DNA of 64,000 nucleotides from Octopus sinensis. Its lineage: Eukaryota. The position numbers and the translations under genes are program-made. The notes below the pieces were generated by a model, which saw only the letters and a list, made by a program, of their open reading frames with translations, ran no database searches and was not told the origin of the DNA. Positions 27,601-36,022 of this stretch are shown here, piece after piece. The stretch's first letter is position 1; every line of letters begins with the position of its first letter. The stretch is from positions 31,930,001 through 31,994,000 of the forward strand of contig NC_043008.1 of NCBI RefSeq assembly GCF_006345805.1, written 5' to 3'.

Positions 27601-30600
27601 GTGGTGGTAGTAGGGTGATAGTGATGATGATGATGATAAGAAAGGATAACCAAAGATGGTAGAGTGATGATGGCAATGGTGATAAATGGCATTAATTGTG
27701 GTAATGGTGGTGGTGGTGGTGGTGCCTATAGTGGTCATGATGATGAAAAGGTGGAGGATACTGAAGATGATGGTGGCAGTGAGGATGACAACACAGTAGT
27801 AGCAGTGATGGTGGTGATGATGATAATGATGATGATCATCATCATCATCCATCCATCCTTCACAAAATCAATTCTGTTTTTTATCTTTTTCCATCCTTCC
27901 AGATATTTGGTCCAGTACAACAAATTATGAAGTTCCATGATATGGATGAAGTTATAGAGCGTGCCAATAATACTCATTACGGATTAGCAGCTGCCATCTT
28001 TACAAAAGATATTGACAGAATTATGACCTTCACAAATGCTATACAAGCTGGAACTGTGTGGTAAGGAACTGTTACTATTTTATTAACCATTCTAATCAAA
28101 GTGAAGAACAATGACTCCGATGTTTTCTTAAATTTTTGGTGTTGCTTTTTTTCTTATTCTTGTTAGTCTTAGACCAAATTATACCATATTTTATGGCATA
28201 TAAGATACACATGGTCATGTCAAAGTATCGGTCAATCTCTGAAAGGTTTACAGTTGAGCCTATGGTAGTGATAACCTCCAGCATTCTTGGTCCCTGGACC
28301 ATATCCCTGCTCACTGCTATCACGGTGGAGATGGCTATCCACAAGTGCAAGCCCCATAAATCAGAGTGGCTGTTCCAGCACATCTCCCTCGGCATCCTCC
28401 AGGGCAATGCTTTTTTCCATTTTGCCTGCTGGGATCATGAGGCAGTCTGAATTACAAGAAATTGAGAGAATGTAACAATATTGTAGCTTACTACTCACAG
28501 GAGGTCCTTATATAATTATATCACTTAAGTTCCTGACTCTACTACTACTACTTGTGTGGAAGTCTGTGGGTGATAAATTATAAATAAAAAAATTTTTTAA
28601 TTCCAAAAACTTGTCACCAAAAAAAATCACTCCAGATCCTATATGTGAAGTTGGGCCTTCTATAAGATATAATACACTGAAAACTTTTTTTCTTTATATG
28701 CACTGCTGAAATTACAGTGCTTTTAATATGCCTATGTCTTTTATGTCATCAAATACAATAATTCCATTTGCTTTTAGGATGCTTTATAAAAATATTGATA
28801 TCAAATTTCAGCACAAGTCCAGCAAATTGGGGGAAGGGCTGAGTTTTCAACTGGTACTTATTTTATTGACCCTGTAAGTATGAAAAGCTGACCTCAGTGG
28901 AACTTGAATGCAGAACATAAAGCCAGATGATATGTCACTAAGCATTTTTCCTGATGTACTAATGTCTCTGTCAGCTCACCACCTTTATATGCTTTATAGA
29001 AATATTTATTTCTTTATTGCCCACAGGGGGCTAAACATAGAGGGGACAAACAAGGACAGACAAAGGAATTGAGTCAATTACATCGACCCCAGTATGTAAC
29101 TGGTACTTATTTTATCTACCCTGAAAGGATGAAAGGAAAAGTTAACCTTGGCGGAAATTGAACTCAGAACGTAACAGCAGATGAAATACCACCAAGCATT
29201 TCACCCAGCGTGCTAAAGTTTCTGCCAGCTCATCACCTTACTGTATAGAAATATTAAATCAACTTGGATGGTATTTTGTTTCATGAATAGAAAGACAGAA
29301 AACAGCAAAATTAATCTTGCCAGGATTTGAACTCGGAATGTAGTAGGCTGTAATTTAATACTTTAGTTATTTTGGCTGTTTCTCGGTTCATGCAGATCCT
29401 GTGTGCATCGGTGGGTATAAAGTATGAGTAGATATATCGCGTCATTTGACCTATGACATCATATGTGGTAGTCAGCTAGTCAGGCAGACATATGCATACA
29501 CAGAGTTATTTGTTTATCTCAACTATCAAGGTAATTCCATAGAATGAAATTACAATATTGATGAAAATTAATGCTACAGAATTTGCTGGGTCTGTAAAAT
29601 TAAATTTGGCTATGTTATTGATTAAGTATTGGTGAGTACATTGGCCAAAATCAGCTGATTCTATAAAAGGAATCTTGTAGAGATTCTGTAGAAGTAATTT
29701 TGGTGAAATATTAAGTATTGGCGATTTCATAGAATGCATCTTAGTGATTCTATGAAATGAAATCTGGCTCTTGTGCATTATCTCAGTGTTGTGTGTTATA
29801 TCTGTTTCCAAGTAAAAAAAATGGAATATTTCTTTTTCTTTACCTAATGTGTTGCATTTTCTCCTGTTTTAGGGTAAACACCTATTGCTGCGTAGCATGT
29901 CAGGCTCCATTTGGTGGCTTTAAGATGTCTGGAATTGGCAGAGAATTGTAAGTATAAATTGTATACTGAGATTAGTGACAGAAGCATAGGCATAATTATG
30001 CCTACTTGAAAACCCTATTCTTTGAGACAAAATATCAGCCCAAGTAAAAATGAATGAACCCACAGAGCTCTTTTGATATAGTAATGGGAGCTTCTGATAG
30101 TGCAGATATCTGTGATCTTATAAATTCAAGACATCCTAAGAAGGAAATTCACTTCAACTGTCTTTGGCCTATATAGGGATACTGCTTTAAAGATCATATT
30201 AGCTATATGCCTGACTCTGGTCCCACTAAAAGGAAATGCCACCCAAAGGTCTTTTGGTTTACACACTCTTAGCCTTTCTCATATTGAAAGATAAGCATTT
30301 TCCTCCCACACATAAATATGGAAAACTATTCAATAGATGTCCTCTGAACATTTCTTTTAGCTATATACCTAACATAAAACTAATATTAGCTCATAGTTCC
30401 AAACCAAACACAGAAGTAGGATACTTATACTATACTAGTTGAATAGCACCATGTGGAAATACGTCTTAGCAATATAAGGACATTTCTGATTCTTTGACTA
30501 AACAACCAAAGGTACAACTTTAAGATTCAAAAAAGGCAAAATATTATGATGTTAAGCACATAGGATTGTTGAAGAAAAATGCAGCATTATATGAAATCAA

Positions 30601-33600
30601 TTGGAGGATGTTTGAGAAATTCAGACTGTAGGAGGTGTAAGCTCTGCTTAGCAGAAAAGCAGAAGATACTAAAGAATTCCCTTTCCTGAAGATCTTTTTG
30701 ACCTCCCAAAATAGACTTTTTATGTTCTGCATTTTTGAGTATAAATGTTTTAATGAATTGATCAAGTCCTTCCTTGCAGCAAAGCCTGGCATTGGTTTCT
30801 TGTGAGTTTTATTCTCACACTACAACTCCATTTTTAGGCTTTCCATTTTTCTTTTCTATGTTTTTTTCATATTTCATTTTTTCCACCCAAACACTAGCTC
30901 CCTTTTGTTTCTGTTTCCCTACCCACTTTCGCTACCTCTTTTCATCTCTCTTCCTACCCCTATCCCTCTCTCCCTGTCACTTTCTCCATCCTTTCCCTCA
31001 ATCTCATATCTCATACATGTGTGTATACATCATTTCTAGAGGCAATATATTGATTTCATATGATTGTCAGTCTTACAAAGGGACATAACTCTAGAAGCCT
31101 TTGCATTTTGTTACCATTTTATCCTCTAAGAATATCGTCATTTTTTAATTTTTTTTATTTTTGAAATTTTTTTGTTCCAGTCTGGTTGAAGCCTAGAAGT
31201 TCATTTTTAACATTACCCTTCAGCCTGACTGGAAGTTAAGTTTTGCGCCTTAGGAGCAAATGACACCTTGTTATACATTTCTGTTTAATCATGTCTCATA
31301 ACTTTAATTTTGCTTTCTGCTTAGGAAAACAGGATTTCACATGTAAATAACTTTGCTTGAGTGGGCATTGTTCTTAATTTATTATACTGTAGCAAAATGA
31401 ATAATTGTTTGAAAAACACCCTTGCACAATGTAGGTGATGCGTTAGGCAAAACATGTAAGGTGGTGTCAATGAATGAAAACAAAGAGAAAAGATATTGTA
31501 TCACCTCACATAGATTGTTTAATGATCCTATAATATTTCGGGGGAAATTACCCTTTGCAAATAAAATATGGGAAAATAATCAGAATTTAGGGAAATTTGT
31601 TGTTATCAATACTTTTTACCACATCACAGAAGCTCTGTGTCAGCAATAATGACAATGGTAAACCCTGAAGAATTTGTTGATGTCAATAAGTTTGGTTGTC
31701 AAGAGAAACCCTTCATTGGAATCCAGTGTTTATGTTATGGATAGTAAAAGTGAGAACGGAGCATATAGGTTATTTGGTAAGAAGAAAAATTAGATAAAGA
31801 GGTAATCACAGTGCTTAAGAAATGAAGTGGGGTAGGGATTAAGTACTGGAAGAGAGGTGGTGAGAGGCTGTTCAAACAGCGGCAATAGTAGAGGTGAGCA
31901 AAGTGTAGTGTGGGTTATATAGTTAGACACAGATAAAACCTGAGATACATCACTTCAACTTCCTTGGCCATTCCCCCCATCTCTTCGCTGTCCATGGAGT
32001 TCACTAACATCCACTAACTTGGACCAAGGCAACCCACTAATTTAGGGAATAATGGTTTATTGTCTTCCTGAAAATTTGTAATCTCTGCAGAATGACTACT
32101 CACCTCCAAATCCCCTAATTCCATCCCTCACTTTATCACCATGATGTTGGTGATGGTGACGTTAGTGTTGGTAATGGTGACAATGACATTATAAGAGGAG
32201 GCAGCTAGAATGGTATCTGTGAAATTTTGGGAGCAAGGAGTAGGAAAAGGGCTAGAATGATGTTATGGGGCATTTAGGCTGCAGAGTGAGATAATGGTGA
32301 GAATGGTGTTGGACCGATAGTGATAGCTATTAAAAGAATGGCTAATGCATTAGTAAAGGTATTATTGATAAGATGGTAATGGTATTTGGATGACACTAAT
32401 GCCACCTATGATGTATGTATTCACACATGCTTACATACACACATATACATGCAAGCACAAATATAGTCACATATACACAGATATATATATATATTGTGGA
32501 GGCGCATGGCTTAGTGGTTAGGGTGTCAGCATTATGATCGTAAGATTGTGGTTTTGATTCCTGGACTGGGTGACACGTTATGTTCTTGAGCAAAACACTT
32601 CATTTCACGTTGCTACAGTCCACTCAGCTGGCAAAAATGAGTAACGCTGCGATGGACTGGCATTCCGTTAAGCTGGGGGGAACACATACACCATAGAAAC
32701 CTGGAAACCGGGCCCATGAGCCTGGCTAGGCTTTAAAATGGTGCATTTATAATTTATTATATATGTATATATATTTATATATATACACACACACACACAC
32801 ACATATAGGTAATTGTGGAGGGAACCAGGAAGGCGTAGGATGAAGTGGTGAGAAAGGATCTTCAGATACTGGACTTCACTGAGGAGATGACAAGTAACCA
32901 AGACTTGTGGTGATTTGCTGTCCTTGAGAAGACACATCAAGCTAAGTAAAACTGTGGCCATCCATTTATACAGGAATGTCTTTATGCCATGACCCCTCTC
33001 TCTCTCTTTCTCTCCCTGTTGAAAGGTCTTTGTTTTGCAGGTATGGTACCATGTAAAATGCACTTGTGCTGGTGTCACATGAATTGCACTCATGTCAGTC
33101 CAACATAAAATGCACTTTTGCTGGTGCCATGTAAAATGCACCCAGTACACTCTATAAAGTAGTTGATATTAGGAAAGACATCCAGCTGTAAAACATTGCC
33201 AAAACAGACAACTGGAGCCTAGACAGCTTCTGTCAAACCATCCAACCCATGCCAGCATGGAAAACAAACATTTAATGATGATGATGATTATGTTGTTGTT
33301 GTAAGTTTTTTTTATTTTGTAATTTTCAGAGGAGAAGAAGGTCTTCGTGAGTACACAGAGGTGAAGAATGTAAGTACCTGGGTTCTGTCTATATATAAAA
33401 TACCAGTTTATTAGGCAAAGAGATATCATGTGACAGGTTTACATCAGCTGAAGAGATGATGGCAGTGCAGTGACAGAAACAATAGAGTACAAGACGAAAA
33501 TGTGCATAAAATTATCAGTATATATAAATGTGCTTTTACACTGCTATAAGTGGTTTAACTCTTATTTCTAGCAATATAAATACTTGTGGTACATAGTTAC

Positions 33601-35597
33601 AATTAGTGATGACCATGACCCCACGGTTTATGCCTATATGGTTTATATTGCACCCAGCTGCCCACATTAATTTTTTACTATACAATTTGGCATTTTGCTA
33701 AAATCAGCCACATGACAAATATATGATACTGACAGAGAGAATTAGCTGTTCCTTGGAAGCAATGGAGACACACTGCTGATGAGTCCTGTTAGGATGAAAC
33801 TGTGAAGTTCAGTGTTCTAGCCTTGCTTCAAACATGGGGCAGTTATCTACCCTGTTAGTATATATAAATGTGCCTTTATGCAGCTATAAGTGATTTGACT
33901 CTTACTTCTAGCAAAATATGTACTTATAGTTCATACAGTCACAATTAGTGACAACTAAATTTTGCCTATATGGTTTACATTGCACCCAGCTACCCACATT
34001 AATTTCATACTATGTGTGTGTGTGTGTGTTGTGTGTGTGTGTGTGCAAGAGAGAGAGGGAGAGAAAGGTGTGTGACTTAGTGGTTAGGGTATTCTGCTGA
34101 TAATCATGAGGTCATGAGTCCAATTCCTGGCAACACATTGTGTCCTTGAGTAAGACTTTATTTCACATTGCTTCAATTCACTTAGCTGGCAAAAATGAGT
34201 AGTATCCTTATTTTAAAGGACCAGCTTTGTCACACTGTGTCATGCTAAATCTCCCAGAGAATTATTGGGTCATTCCATAAATAATGTGAGTTTTTTTTAT
34301 ACTTCTCTTATTTTCCAAAATTAAAATAAACGAAGTTCTTTTTTAAAATATACTCTCCTTCATTTTCTATAAATGCTCTTCCACCTATCTGGTAGACTTT
34401 CAAGGCCCTGCTTACAAAATTCACTTGTCCATGATGAAAAATACTCCTCCAGTACTGTTCTGACCTCGTCTACAGAATTCATATTTTTTCCATCCAAATG
34501 ATTTTGAAGACTGTGGAATAAATGAGAATCAGATGGGGCAATGTCTGGCAAATGTGGTGGGTGGGGCTTTGTTTCCTATTCAAACTGTTCCAGTCTTTGG
34601 AATGTAATCCTTGCTGTATGCAGCTGAGCATTATCCTGATGGAAGAACACCTTTCATCTTTGAAAGTGGGCCACTTTTGGTAAGCAGAACTGGTGATGTG
34701 GGATTTCAAAGATGGTCGTTTTTTCTTCTAATGCTGACTTAAGTCACGCCAGCTGTTTACAGTAGATTTCCTTTGTTATCATTTGGTTTGGGTTTAAAAG
34801 TTCAAAGTGGACTAAACTTTCTATATCCTATCAAACAGATAACAATACTTTATGTGGGTAAAGACTTTCTTTACCCTGGGGTGCTGGTGTTTCTCCTTTC
34901 CCTACCCACTGTCTTCAGCACTTGACATTTTCATAGAGAACTCATTTCTCATCACCAGTCACTATTCAGTCCAAAAAAGGTTCATTCGTGAAATGCGACA
35001 GCAAAGAAGAGCACACATTTACTCTCTGCATATGTTTAGACTTGGAAAGCTTGTGAGGAACCCAGTAACCCAATTTGCTGACTTTTCCAATGGCACACAG
35101 GTGTCAATGAATGATTGAATGAACAAATCCAAGCTTTTCTGCTAGTTCCTCAACAGTTACGATGGGATTTTGTTCCATCAGGGCTTGAGTACATCCTCAT
35201 CAAGCTCTACAAATCTTCCAGAATGAGTCTCATCTTCTAGGCTGTAGTTTCCGGCTTGGAATTTCTTGAACTACCATTGACACTGGCTTATGCTTATTGT
35301 CCAATCCCCATATACTGCATAACTATTCCTCGCATTTTCCGTTGCATTGTTTCCTTTATTGAACTCATAAAGCAAAATATGCCAGATATGTTCTTTTGTC
35401 ACTTCCATTATAGCTTTGAATAGATAACTGTTAAAATCGAACTGCACTCTTCATAACATCCACTAGGAATAAGTAAAGGTAAAATTACTACCTGCTTTTA
35501 TAGCAAGTTGATGCAGATACTTTATCCCATCCTCCTCCGACTTTTAGTACTGGTGCTCCAGCATAGCTACGGTCAAATGACTGAAACAAGTAAAGGA

Positions 35598-35635
<38 letters not shown>

Positions 35636-35980
35636 CGGTGGCACATAAAATCACCCACTACACTCTCGGAGTGGTTGGCGTTAGGAAGGGCATCCAGCTG
35701 TAGAAACACTGCCAGATCTGACTGGCCTGGTGCAGCCTTCGGGCTGCCCAGACACCAGTTGAACCGTCCAACCCATGCTAGCATGGAAAGCGGATGTTAA
35801 ATGATGATGATGATGATGAATTGGAAAAAACTACATTATTTATGAGATGACTCAATACATTACAGGTACATGTATCTGTGGAATGCTCAGGCACTTGCAC
35901 ATTAATTTCATGAGCAGGCTGTTCTGTTGATTGGATCAACTCAACTGGAACCTGTGTCATCGTAACTGATTGAGTGCCAG

Positions 35981-36022
<42 letters not shown>

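Noticed and set aside
26966-27930. Gly/His/Asp-rich ORFs resembling structural proteins
   Set aside because: Trinucleotide low-complexity DNA inside ALDH introns, with no supported exon borders.
33421-33516. A possible second decayed hammerhead one monomer upstream of the main one
   Set aside because: The gagt..gacgaaa..tgtg similarity is weak and its spacing to the repeat does not match.
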